Assembly: GCF_964355755.1 (NCBI RefSeq)
Contig: NC_092675.1
Span: forward strand, 15,534,912-15,598,911
Length of the DNA stretch: 64,000 bases
Direction of reading: 5' to 3'
Source of the DNA: Antedon mediterranea
Lineage: Eukaryota > Animalia > Echinodermata
The notes beneath the pieces are model-generated. The model saw only the letters and a program-made list of their open reading frames with translations, searched no databases and was not told where the DNA came from. Positions 26,164 through 37,786 of this stretch are shown here, piece by piece; positions within the stretch are counted from its first letter, which is position 1, and each line of letters starts with the position of its first letter. The position numbers and the translations under genes were made by a program.

Positions 26164-27042
26164 TATTCTATTATCGGGTGTAGCACATTAAAATTGAGAG
26201 GATAAGATGGACATCATAATTTATTATTAAGGGGCAAAACAGCAAATCCTTACTGAGGGGACACTCCTATAAAGCGGACATTAAGGGGACGGGGAACATT
26301 TAAGCTCAGTGCCAATGTTCACTCAATATATTTTCCATCACAAAATAACAAAAAAGACGAAATATTTATATCCATTTATCGCTATTAAATAAAAATGGAT
26401 ATCATGATAATTATGATACTTTGTTTGTCTTGAAAGTTTTCATTGGTGAAACGTTGCCTGCTACATTTTGAATTTCCGAGTCCAGATCAGTATTGGTATT
26501 GGTTTTTCGTGATCTATTCTAACTAATGAAACAATTTTTAGAAAATGATATATCTGATAGATATCATCTAAGTGATGTTTTACATATAAGTTATAACGTT
26601 TAACTTTTCATTCTCCATACATTCAATTCTTTTAATATAGTTCTTGTATAACACCATATCAAGTAGTAGTAGAAATTATTGTAGGGTTTTCTTATTATTC
26701 AGTCAATTCAGTGTTTCTATACAGAAAAGAGTAGTCAGTGGCCTTAACATCAATTAATTGTATAATTTGCACCCAAGGTCGAATAGCAAGAAACTCAGGT
26801 CCAGTTACATTGGTGTTCATTGGTCAATAGGAAATGAACAGCACACTTATGGGTGGTGACAAAGTTTAGTTATTGATAAGTTGTCCTTGGGAAAAACACA
26901 TTAGTTGGGTTGACCATGGGCTGACAGAGTTAACGACTTCGTAACGCTATCCGGGGCTCCTGCGCCTAATGCCCATTCTTGTGATATATATTCTTTGCTA
27001 TGATGCATGGATTAGTAAGCGAAAGTGCAGTACTGTACCAAC

Positions 27043-27125
27043 CTTTTACGTATATTAAATTTCAACCATGGTGAAAACCTGTAACGATAAGATTTCCATT
27101 TCGATGACACATTTCTGAACAACAT
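27043..27125 (-). CDS. SETD9: SETD9-like coding exon 1
   Basis: MLFRNVSSKWKSYRYRFSPWLKFNIRK(R) resembles the SETD9 N-terminus W..YKYRFVPWIALN; AG/gttggt donor, phase 2 matches exon 2. Confidence 0.88.
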
Positions 27126-27316
27126 TAATTATTTAAAAACTAGGCCTAGCCTACTAGGCCTCCTACCAAAGATTGTATAGAGCGGCGCAAGATAAGATGT
27201 TTCCAAGCTCCTATAACAATTCCCTGCTCCTACATAAACACGAGGAGCCTCGCTACTTTTACGGAGCGCCATTTATGCCTTTATATACTTCCGAAATAGA
27301 AATAGTGCTAAGGTAA
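27126..27316. promoter_or_regulatory. Candidate (possibly bidirectional) promoter
   Basis: Unique, relatively CpG-rich DNA just upstream of the SETD9 ATG; GCGCCATTT (YY1-like) and ACTTCCG (ETS-like) motifs; plus-strand AAG/GTAACT donor-like site near 27311. Confidence 0.4.
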
Positions 27317-27529
27317 CTGATCGGTGGACCAAACTTAGCACCGGTGTAGCACGTCAGTGATATAAAATAGAATTAAGTCACTAATTTTAATATATTTTCG
27401 TATGTTAATACACTGTGCTCAAGTGGACCCAATTTGTAGCCAGTGGAGCACAATGATATAAAATAGAAACAAGTCACTGAATTTTAATATCTTTTCGTAT
27501 GTTAATTTAGGGCCCAACAACTAAAACTA

Positions 27530-28025
27530 AATTAAGTGTTTAAAGCATTACATGGCATGGCGCCTGACTACTTGACAAAAAGTCTATCCCTTAAAATTAA
27601 TAATTACAGTAAGAAATTCTAATAATTTATTAGAAGTTCCAAGGGTCTTTGGTTCTGGAAGAAATTCTTTTACTTACAACAGTGGAAGTAAAATGTGGAA
27701 TGCTCTACCACAAGAAATCCGATTGAATCAAAGTCTATGGATATTTAAACGTAACGTTAAGAACTACTATTTCAACATTTTAAAAGCAGCAGATCAATCT
27801 ATATAATTTAATTCACAGAATTATCAATTGTGTTTTTAATATATTTCCAATTTGTAATGTTTATTATTATATTTCTTATGTATTTTGTGTGTATGGTAGT
27901 TTTGATTATTTTTATTCAAAGGACCACAATGGAAATAAGTTTAATTAATTTTAAACGTTTTGTGTTGTTCTTATTATATTTAAGTTTATTGTTACTAGTT
28001 GTCTCTTGGTTTATCAAATTGTATT
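27530..28025 (+). mobile_element. L2/Crack-type LINE 3' fragment
   Basis: VFKALHGMAPDYL...GRNSFTY...KMWNALP...FKRNVK C-terminal motifs and GGACCACAATGGAAATAAG 3' UTR motif. Confidence 0.7.
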
Positions 28026-28040
28026 GAATATATATATATA

Positions 28041-28257
28041 CCCAATCGAGTTTGAACAATACAATGAAAGCCCCAGTGGTCTAATGGTTAGGACATCTGC
28101 ATATCAAGCAGGCGGTCCGAGTTCGAGTCTCGGTTGGATGGGGCGACTTTTTCTCATTCTCACAGATTTCCTCATCTTTATCGTTTCAAATTAATTAATT
28201 AAATTTCAGTATATCACCGGGCGGTTTAGAATTAATGTTCATTGCCTAATGTGTTTA
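28041..28257 (+). mobile_element. 5'-truncated copy of the tRNA-containing (TA)n-associated repeat
   Basis: Near-identical to the 45.2-46.0 kb units; flanked by (TA)n on both sides. Confidence 0.85.
28070..28145 (+). tRNA. tRNA-like gene/pseudogene, anticodon ATC (repeat-borne, small insertion in 3' acceptor strand)
   Basis: GCCCCAG-TG-GTCTAATGGTTAGGAC-A-TCTGC-ATATCAA-GCAGG-CGGT-CCGAG-TTCGAGT-CTCGG; followed by TTTTT. Confidence 0.55.
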
Positions 28258-28306
28258 TATATATATATATATATATATAAACAAATCAGGCAAAGAACAT
28301 TAATTG

Positions 28307-28848
28307 CAAAAGATGGCGCCATTTTTGTGCCCATCGCTGTGCCATGAATTTGAAGGTAATGGTCATTTCCAAAAATAAAATTGTTGTTGGTTAAATATCA
28401 GCATGACCAGTTCTCGTAAATGAACTTTAGTAGGCGTTTTGCCTGGAATTTGTATGTAATTTAAAATACATGCGTCGGCTCCTTCTTCGTGAGGGATATT
28501 AGTATACAACGATGAAACCTCTAATGTAGCCAGAACAGAATTATTAGGTAAATTTTGAATTTGGTTAATTTTGGGGATAAAGTCCGTGGAGTCCTGAATG
28601 TATGAAGGGAGATCAGTCACATATGGTCTTAGTAAATCATCCACATATTCAGAAATTTTCTCTGTAGCAGTACCATTGCCCGAAATAATGGGTCTACCAG
28701 GATTGCCTGCTTTGTGGATTTTAGGTAGGAAATAAAATCTGCCAGGAACTGGAATGACCTGTGCCAAATGAGGTCCAATCTTAGGATCGATGGAGTGTTT
28801 TTTTACCACACAGAAACAGATTTGGTCACCTTATCCGCAATTTCCAAT
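28307..28848 (-). mobile_element. Penelope-like element reverse transcriptase fragment (downstream part)
   Basis: GRFYFLPKIHKAGNPGRPIISG...LATLEVSSLYTNIP...(HG)[11 protein letters not shown], characteristic of PLE RT. Confidence 0.9.
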
Positions 28849-28949
28849 TCGAGTTCGAGTCTCGGTTGGGGCGACTTTTTCTCATTCTCACAGATTTCTT
28901 CATCTTTATCGTTTCAAATTTATATATATATATTATATATATATATATA

Positions 28950-30774
28950 AAACAAGAGAGGCAGGCCATTGCCAAATTGCGTCAGCGTAATAGACCGGCA
29001 GCCCAGAGACATTTGGTTAGATGAGCTAGGTACCAATATCTGACTATTTAAGTGTGTTGGGGGGGGGGGGGGGCACTTGAAGTCAATGAAAATGGGAGTC
29101 TGCCGGGTACCCCCTGCTGCGACCCCGAAAGGTGCTAAAAAATCGGCTCAGGTTAGATGAGAGAGATACCACCTAATTTTAACACCATGGGATGCCCATT
29201 GGCATCCTTATACCAGTATCACAAACGACAGACTTTTTGTCTGCTGCAATAGGCCCGCCAGACCCCCCGAGGGAGGGCCTAAAATTGGGATAGCATAGAT
29301 GAGTGAGGTACCACTCAAAATTAATGCCAAATGAACAAGTTGTGTTCATACAACACTAAATGGATAACAACAGACTAATTGTCTGCTGCACTGCAAGTGC
29401 CAGACACCCTAAAGTTAGACTTCAGACCCCCCTTCCCCCAACTAGCCCAGCTTAAATATTGTAGATACCACCAGCAACCAATGTTATATGATTTAGCACA
29501 TTGTAAGCAATACCAAATGACCTATTACAGACTATCTGTACACTGCCTTGGCCCTCCCAGACACCCTAAAGTTAGACTAGAGACCCCCCTTCCCTCAACT
29601 AGCCCAGCTTAGATATTGTAGATACCACCAGCAACCAATGTTATAGGATTTAGCACATTGTAAGCAATACCAAATGACCTATTACAGACTATCTGTACAC
29701 TGCTTTGGCCCTGGCAGACCCCTCTAAAGTTCGACTAGAGACCCCATTTACCCCAATAGTATAGCATACCTTAGATATTGTAGATAACACCAGCAGCCAA
29801 TGTTATATGATTTAGCACATTGTAAGCAATACCAAATGACATATTACCGACTATCTGTACACTGCTGCCTTTAGAATGGTAAAATGGTCATTTCATCGTC
29901 ATTGATGTGATATATTTTCAATTGTTTTGTGATAGTTCGATTAAAGTTAAACTTTATTCAATTAAACATGTTGTTTTGGGTTTTTTTTTATGCTGGTGTT
30001 ATCTACAATATCTAAGGTAGGCTATACTTGGGGTAAATGGGGTCTCTAGCCGAACTTTAGAGGGGTCTGCCAGGGCCAAGGCAGCAGTGTACAGATAGTC
30101 GGTAATATGTCATTTGGTATTGCTTACAATGTGCTTATTGACTGCTGGTGTTATCTACAATATCTAAGGTAGGCTATACTTGGGGTAAATGGGGTCTCTA
30201 GTCGAACTTTAGAGGGGTCTGCCAGGGCCAAGGCAGTGTACAGATAGTCTGTAATAGGTCATTTGGTATTGCTTACAATGTGCTAAATCATATAACATTG
30301 GTTGCTGGTGGTATCTACAATATCTAAGCTGGGCTAGTTGGGGGAAGGGGGGTCTGAAGTCTAACTTTAGGGTGTCTGGCAGGCCTATTGCAGCAGACAA
30401 AAAGTCTTTCGTTTGTGATACTGGTATAAGGATGCCAATGGGCATCCCATGGTGGTAAAATTAGGTGGTATCTCTCTCATCTAACCTGAGCCGATTTTTT
30501 TAGCACCTTTCGGGGTCCCCTGGGTCTAGACGCAGCAGGGGGTACCCGGCAGACTCCCATTTTCATTGACTTCAAGTGACCCCCAACACACTTAAATAGT
30601 CAGATATTGGTACCTAGCCCATCTAACCAAATGTCTCTGGGCTGCCGGTCTATAATGATATTATCATTAAACCCGCTGATAAAGGTTCTGCCCTGTTGCC
30701 ATGGACATCAAATTTTATGAAGAGGAGTCCTTAAGACAGCTAAACAATCCTCTTCATCATCGTAAACTTACAAC
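28950..30774 (+). mobile_element. Penelope-like RT fragment (upstream part), split by the Academ MITE
   Basis: Removing 28991-30655 restores QERQAIAKLRQRNDIIIKPADKGSA...EESLRQLNNPLHHRKL. Confidence 0.8.
28991..30652. mobile_element. Academ-type foldback MITE
   Basis: TAGACCGGCAGCCC...GGGCTGCCGGTCTA termini, 3-bp TSD TAA, inverted arms of several hundred bp with internal ~170-190-bp tandem units. Confidence 0.75.
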
Positions 30775-31672
30775 AATTGAGTAAATTAACGCCGTTGTTT
30801 AAGAGTATTTTAAAAAACGATCGGTGAGTTAATCTATTTTATTGTATTAAACGTGATTATAAAAGTATTAGTTATATTAGAACGATTTAAATGCCGAAAT
30901 CATAGTCTATAAATACGGTAACAGTATAGCTAGTTAGTGAACTTAAAGTTTGGAAGGAAATTACTAGTATGTTTAATTACTTAATCAACATTATAGCTTA
31001 TGGTTGAACTAAGTTGTGGATTGAATGATACGGCATATGTATTAGTAATGCATGTTAGTTGTAGATGCCTAAGAACATTATATTATTGGAACTATATTCT
31101 ATCAGTGTATTAATGTAAAAGTAAAATGTTAGTAATGTTCTACACAAGTACATAACGCGGATTGATATCATTTTGAGTTTCTATTGTGCTGAGGTTGGGG
31201 TTCGGCTCGTGAATGTTGATCTCTGATTAATGGTATTTTGGGGTTAGAAGTTTCTGAGTGTAGAAAGATAAGGAGAGATTTTATTACTTTGATTTGATCT
31301 ACTTTTATTAGTTTTGAGCTTACAATTTTACGGAATGATTTAACATGTATAAACGTTCTTGTGTTTTTTTTAGGTGATATATAACATTTCGATGTTCAAG
31401 CTGTTGAGTAATTTGAGTTGAGTTTTGGATGTCGAAAAGTGTAAGTTTAAGTATACACTTTGATCATGAGCTGAACTTTAATTTTAATTATCAATAGCTT
31501 AGATTATACATTTGTTACACTGAGTTAAACGTTCTAAGATTTACGTATAGTATTGTATTTTTATTGATAGGTTCGAACAACCTACTTGAGATAATCAGTT
31601 GGGACACAATAAATCCACTATTCAAGTCAGTCTGAGTTCACGAGTTTTTTTATCAGTTTGAATATCGAAACA
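30775..31672 (+). repeat. 5' LTR (first ~111 bp missing)
   Basis: Matches 36919-37776 and ends CGAAACA. Confidence 0.9.
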
Positions 31673-31706
31673 TTCGAACACTTGGCAAGATTGTCAACGC
31701 ACAGAG

Positions 31707-34700
31707 ATGGAGGATGCAAAAAGGCACAGACGGAGGAGAGAACGGAGCTTTAAAACAAAGGCAGAGGAGATGAAAACATCGGTACACGCAAATCATCCAC
31801 CGGAGTTGTTAAAAGATTTGTATGAAAAGTTGGACGAGTCATTCCAAAATTTAAAGATTGCGCACGAGAAGATACTAGATCTGACTGAGGCTGACAAAGA
31901 AGCGGAAGAAGACGCATGGATGCTACCACGGATAGACGTTCATAGCGCGATCAGACTACTCTTTTATAAACATAGAAAAGATCAAGAAGAGGCGGTACAA
32001 AAGGACCCCAAAGACGGAATGAGACAAACCGAAACACATAAAATTGAGCTAAAGAGAATGGAGTTGCCGAAATTCAATGGGGACATAAAGACATACACGA
32101 GGTTTAAGAAATTTGTGGAAAAGGCTACACATCCAGAGCAGTTGCCTTTCAGACTTCGGTCTTGTTTAGGTAACGAGGTGAATAAAGTTGTACAAGCAGC
32201 TGAAGACGATTATGAGCAAATGTGGACCCTACTAGACGTGAAATATGGCGATAGACACAAGCTGGTCAATGCGCTCATAGGGGACATTCTGAAGCAAAAT
32301 CCTTTAAAGGAAGGAGAAGAGAAACAATTTGTTGATTTCATAGATCTAATTTCAGCATGCCATCGAAATCTGAAGCGGATGGCAATAGAGCACGAGATGA
32401 ACAATACCAGAGTAATAAGTGAAATTGAGAGTAGGTTACCCGACGATCAAAAGAGAAGATGGGTCAGACTAATACATGATCCTCAATCGAAGGATAAAAT
32501 AGAAAAAGACGGTAAACTGAAGATTCTTTTGGACTACCTAGAAGAAGAAGCCAAAAGTTTGAAATATATGATGACTAGCTTACACGAAACTAATCAGAGA
32601 CCAAAACAGCAACGCAGCATTGTCAACACGGTATTTACAGAGAAGCCCACAGATATTGCTGCTTGTATCTTACATGACAATGCTAAACACCAAACGCAAG
32701 ACTGCAAAGGTTTTAAGGCCATGTCAATGCAAGAACGAAGAGAGGTCATCAAACAGAAAAGAGTTTGTTTCAAATGCCTCAAACATGGGCATCAAGTGAA
32801 AACATGTAAGTTGGGAAATTGTGGAAACGATGGATGCAGTAGGAAGCATCACCCGTTAATTCATTTTCCACCGAAAAAAGAGCCAGCTTCAAATACTCAG
32901 AACACCGCAACGTCGCAACAGACTAGTTACTGTAGTTAAGTACCGGCACTGACGCGCCGTGAATCTTAATGGCCAAGAGCGTGATAACGAAAGGGGGAAC
33001 CAAAGCCAACGCGATGTTTGATACGGCCAGTACGTCATCCGTTATATTGGCAGACGTAGCTGAAAAACTAAAGTAGAAAGGAAAGCCGCTGACAGTCTCC
33101 GTGACAAAATTTGGCGGTGAAACTGAGCAAATCGAGACATTCAGTTATACATTGCCGCTAAAGAAGAAGTATAATGGATATATTAAAATAGAAGTATTTG
33201 GGATGCCACGCATTACAAACAGACGACTCCCTCAAGACACTGAGAAGTTAGCTGACATCTTCAAGGTGGAAAAGCATCTGATAGAGAGACCTACAGGTGC
33301 GGTAGAATTGTTGATAGGAGGCTTAGGAGCAGACAATGCAAGTCTATTTCCGAACATTCTGCGGACTGAAGGGAAATTGGCTCTATGTGAAGGGACGTTT
33401 GGAGTAATGGTTTTTGGTAAACATCCTGTGTGTCGGAGTGAGTCTAACGCAACCAATCTTACGTACATAGAAAAACAGGTTTCTTCGCAATTCCTTGATA
33501 TAGAAAGTATGGGAGTTGCTTGCAATCCGAAGTGCGGAAGTTGCAAGTGTGGCAATTGTCCTATTGGGTCAAAACGATTTACCCTAAAGGAAGAAAGAGA
33601 ACTGAATCTTATTGACGAAGGTTTGAGTTATTCAGATGGTAAATGGACAGCCAAATATCCATGGATCAGAGATCCTAAAGATTTACCGGACAACCGATCG
33701 GTTGCGGAAGCGAAACTGAGAGCAACCGAAAAGAGATTGCAGAAAAATGAGAAATATGCAGAGTGCTATGCTTCACAGTACAGATGGATGATATGTTAGA
33801 GCGGAAAGTTGCTCGTAAGTTATCTGACAGTGAGATGAGGAGCTATAAAGGACCTGTTCACTACATATCACATCACGGAATAGCAAAACCGGACAGTAAA
33901 AGTACACCTTTATGAATTGTTTTTAACAGTAGTGCCAACTATAAGGGCCATGTGTTGAACGAATATTGGGTCAAAGGACCAGACGTTAACAATAACTTGT
34001 TGGCCGTTTTATTTCGATTTAAAAGAGAACAAGTTGCTTTAGTAGGAGATATCAAGAAAATGTACCACCCAGTATTGATATTTCAATGTTGGACCAGCAT
34101 ACCCATCGCTTTCTTTGGAGGAATATGGAGATAGATCGTCCAATTCACACTTATTGTGTCACAGCGGTGAATTTTGGAGATGGACCATCTGCTACTATGG
34201 CTATAAAAGCACTACAAAAGACAGCAGAGCTTTCGGCAGAACTGTTTCCGGAAGCAGCACAAACGCTACAGGAAAACGTGTATATGGACGATATAGCCGA
34301 TAATCTACAGACCGTAGAAAAGGCCTACGAGAGATCCGAAGAGATCAACGCTATACTGAGCAAAGGAAGTTTCAATGTAAAAGAATGGACCATCTCAGGT
34401 GTAAACATGGACACTACCACATTTTTAGGGTTAGAATGGAACCCCCGAGACGATAAGCTAAAGGTACCAGTACCAACGTGCTGCGAAGAAGTAGGAAGCC
34501 TGACTAAGAGGAAATGCTTAGGTGCAGCCAATTCCATATATGATCCATTGGGGTTACTATCTCCGGTGATCGTAAGAGCAAAGATACTACTGAGAAATTT
34601 GTGGGGAAAGAAGGTGGATTTGGGATCAAGAAATTGAGCCGGGAGACTTAGACGAATGGCACAGCTTTCTAAAGGATGTTAAAAATTGCGAAAAGGTGTC

Positions 34701-36748
34701 AATACCTCGAAGTGTAAAACCAAGCAAACAAAGCGAAAACCCTACGTTGATAATGTTCTCAGATGCCTCAGAAGAAGCTATGGGGACAGTTGCCTACATC
34801 AGATATGAGACGAATCTTGGGGTCTTCGAATCTCGCTTGATGGCTGCTAAAAGTAGAGTTGCCCCCGTGAGAATAACAAGTATAGTCAGGTTGGAGTTGA
34901 GCGCGGCAGTAATGAGTGTGCGACTAGCAAAAACAATCAGAGAAGAGAGCAGAATCCCGTTTGTAAGGGTTTTATACCTAGTAGACAGCGAAATTGTCCG
35001 ATCCATGATACAGAAAGAGAGCTATGGTTTTAAAACATTCGCTGCGACCAGGATAGGAGAAATTCAGCAGTTTAGTGACTCTACTGACTGGTTCTGGGTT
35101 GCCGGCAAAGATAACATTGCAGATATTATTTCTAGGAGTATTACGAGCAAATGTTTAGAAAAGAATAAACAGTGATTCCAGGGGCCAGAATTCATGAGAA
35201 ATCCTTTAGAGCAATGGCCAATCTCTCAGAGTTGTAGCGTTTCGGACATACCAGAAAGAGTTGGAGTGATCATGGTGGCAGACGTAGAGGAAGTGATAGA
35301 AAGCCCTATTAACATTAAAAGATTTGGAAGCTTCGACAAATTGTTAAAAACAACCGCCATGGTTAAGCGCATAGCAAAGCAAAAAAGCTTTAAGTCCGCT
35401 GGAATAGATCTGAACGAGAACGACATATATGAAGCCGAACGGTATTGGATCAAGACTGTACAACGTCCGATAAGAGACTTAAAGATTAAAACGCCAGTAG
35501 CATTTACGAACAAATATGGTAGCTTAGGACCGATGATAGACAACGATGGAATCGTGGTAGTGGGAGAGAGAATCAAGAACCATGTTCATTTCAGTTACAA
35601 TAACAAACTAGTACCTCTACTTCCAACAGATCATACGTTTTCTAAGTTGTATACCGAGAAGGTACATAAATTATCTCACAGTGGAGTGAGCGCTACTATG
35701 GCAAAGGTTAGAGCAAAATATTGGATAATCCGATTAAGGCGCATAGTATCATCAGTAAGAAACAAGTGTATGGGCTGCAGACGCCTTGAAGGGAAAGTGC
35801 AGGAACAAATTATGGGATCACTACCTATCCAAAAACTAAAACCGTCACCCCCGTGGACTTATGTAGGGTGTGATCTGTTCGGCCCATTCAGAGTAAGAGG
35901 TGAAGTCCAGAAGAGGACTCACGGCAAGGCGTATGGAGCGATACTAAACTGTCTAGTGACTAGAGCTGTGCATCTCGATTTGGCGGTTGACTACAGTGAG
36001 GGTGCAGTGCAGAAAGTATTTAGGAGGTTTTCTGCGATAAGAGGATATCCATCAGAAGTATTTACGGACTGTGGGTCACAGTTGGCAGCGATGCATGAGA
36101 CACTCAAGAAATCGTCGCTGGAGTATAATGTTAAGTGGACATAATTTATAGTACGCCGGATGCTCCTTGGCAAAATGGGGTTACTGAGTCTTTAATTAAA
36201 GGCATAAAGAAAGCACTATTTCATACAGTAGGTGAACAAGTGTTGTCATTTGAGGAGCTACAGACCGTGTTATTTGAAATATTGGATCTGCTAAATAGTA
36301 GACCAATAGGTCAACATCCTACTAGTCCGGTAGATGGCACGTATCTTTGTCCGAACGACTTGTTGCTGGGTAGATCTGATAAAGCGGCACCTATGGGACC
36401 ATGGAATTTAATGACAGGGGAGGTCATGCGAGAAGGATGAGATACATGCAGTGTCTGATAGAGGAGTTCTGGCAGAAATGGACCAAATGTTATTTTACGT
36501 CATTGATTGTGAAAAAGAAATGGAGAACGGAATGTAGGAACTTGAAAGTTGGCGACGTAGTATTAATACAAGAAGAAGGAATTAAGCGATGTAAATGGAA
36601 GACAGGAGTAGTTGAAGAAGCAATTGTTAGCAATGATGATAGAGTGCGCAACGTGATTGTACGATCGACAACAAATACTGGAGCTATAACAAGATTGAGA
36701 AGAGCAATTCAGAGATTGGTATTATTACTACCTGTTGAAGAGAGTTAA
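31707..36748 (+). pseudogene. BEL/Pao gag-pol polyprotein with several stops and frameshifts
   Basis: Gag LPKFNGD plus Cys/His knuckles (CFKCLKHGHQVKTC, C...C...HH), protease AMFDTAS, RT YMDD, RNaseH FSDAS...LELSAA, integrase H..H...C..C, DLFGP, TDCG, PWQNG..E, C-terminal LKVGDVVLI. Confidence 0.9.
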
Positions 36749-36807
36749 AACAAACAAACAAAAAATAAACATATGTAATTTTAGTAATTGTATTAAGGTG
36801 GGGGGAG

Positions 36808-37776
36808 TGTTTCGTTAGAGAAAGGAATTAACGCCCTCTACAAAGTTGTGGTTTTACAGTAATACACGTGAGAAGACTGCATACTTTTCTGAGAAAACGT
36901 GAAAACATTAAGAGAAATAATTGAGTAAATTAACGCCGTTGTTTAAGAGTATTTTAAGAAACGATCGATGAGTTAATCTATTTTATTGTATTAAACGTGA
37001 TTATAAAAGTATTAGTTATATTAGAACGATTTAAATGCCGAAATCATAGTCTATAAATACGGTAACAGTATACAGTAGCTAGTTTAGTTAGTAAACTTAA
37101 AGTTTGAAAGGAAATTACTAGTATGTTTAATTACTTAATCAACATTATAGCTTATGGTTGAACTAAGTTGTGGATTGAATGATACGGCATATGTATTAGT
37201 AATGCATGTTAGTTGTAGATGCCTAAGAACATTATATTATTGGAACTATATTCTATCAGTGTATTAATGTAAGAGTAAAATGTTAGTAATGTTCTACACA
37301 AGTACATAACGCGGATTGATATCATTTTGAGTTTCTATTGTGCTGAGGTTGGGGTTCGGCTCGTGAATGTTGATCCCTGATTAATGGTATTTTGGGGTTA
37401 GAAGTTTCTGAGTGTAGAAAGATAAGGAGAGATTTTATTACTTTGATTTGATCTACTTTTATTAGTTTTGAGCTTACAATTTTACGGAATGATTTAACAT
37501 GTATAAACGTTCTTGTGTTTTTTTTAGGTGATATTTAACATTTCGATGTTCAAGCTGTTGAGTAATTTGAGTTGAGTTTTGGATGTCGAAAAGTGTAAGT
37601 TTAAGTATACACTTTGATCATGAGCTGAACTTTAATTTTATTTATCAATAGCTTAGATTATACATTTGTATAATACATTTAATATTATACTTGAGATAAT
37701 CAGTTGGGACACAATATATCCACTATTCAAGTCAATCTGAGTTCACGAGTTTTTTATCAGTTTGAATATCGAAACA
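36808..37776 (+). repeat. 3' LTR (969 bp)
   Basis: TGTTTCG...CGAAACA terminal inverted repeat, starts right after the polypurine tract. Confidence 0.92.
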
Positions 37777-37786
37777 CTTTTATAAA

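Larger units (their letters stand above)
23602..26971. mobile_element. Non-autonomous TIR element with 2-bp TSD (CMC/EnSpm-like), carries a satellite
   Basis: Perfect 32-bp TIR CATTAGGCGCAGGAGCCCCGGATAGCGTTACG; CC duplicated on both sides; inserted in the terminal CCC of the MULE. Confidence 0.7.
22521..26974. mobile_element. MULE-type MITE inserted in the right TIR of the P-type element
   Basis: GGGTGTCACGAAAGCTCAGACC...GGTCTGAGCTTTCGTGACACCC; 9-bp TSD ATTCTTGTG at 22512-22520 and 26975-26983. Confidence 0.8.
21707..26997. mobile_element. P-element-type MITE (outer layer of a nest)
   Basis: TIR CAAAGAATATATATCACAAGAATG..., CA...TG ends, 7-bp TSD CTATGAT at 21700-21706 and 26998-27004. Confidence 0.75.
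30775..37776 (+). mobile_element. BEL/Pao LTR retrotransposon, degenerate
   Basis: Two highly similar LTRs, polypurine tract at about 36795-36807, gag-pro-RT-RNaseH-integrase domain order typical of BEL/Pao. Confidence 0.95.
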
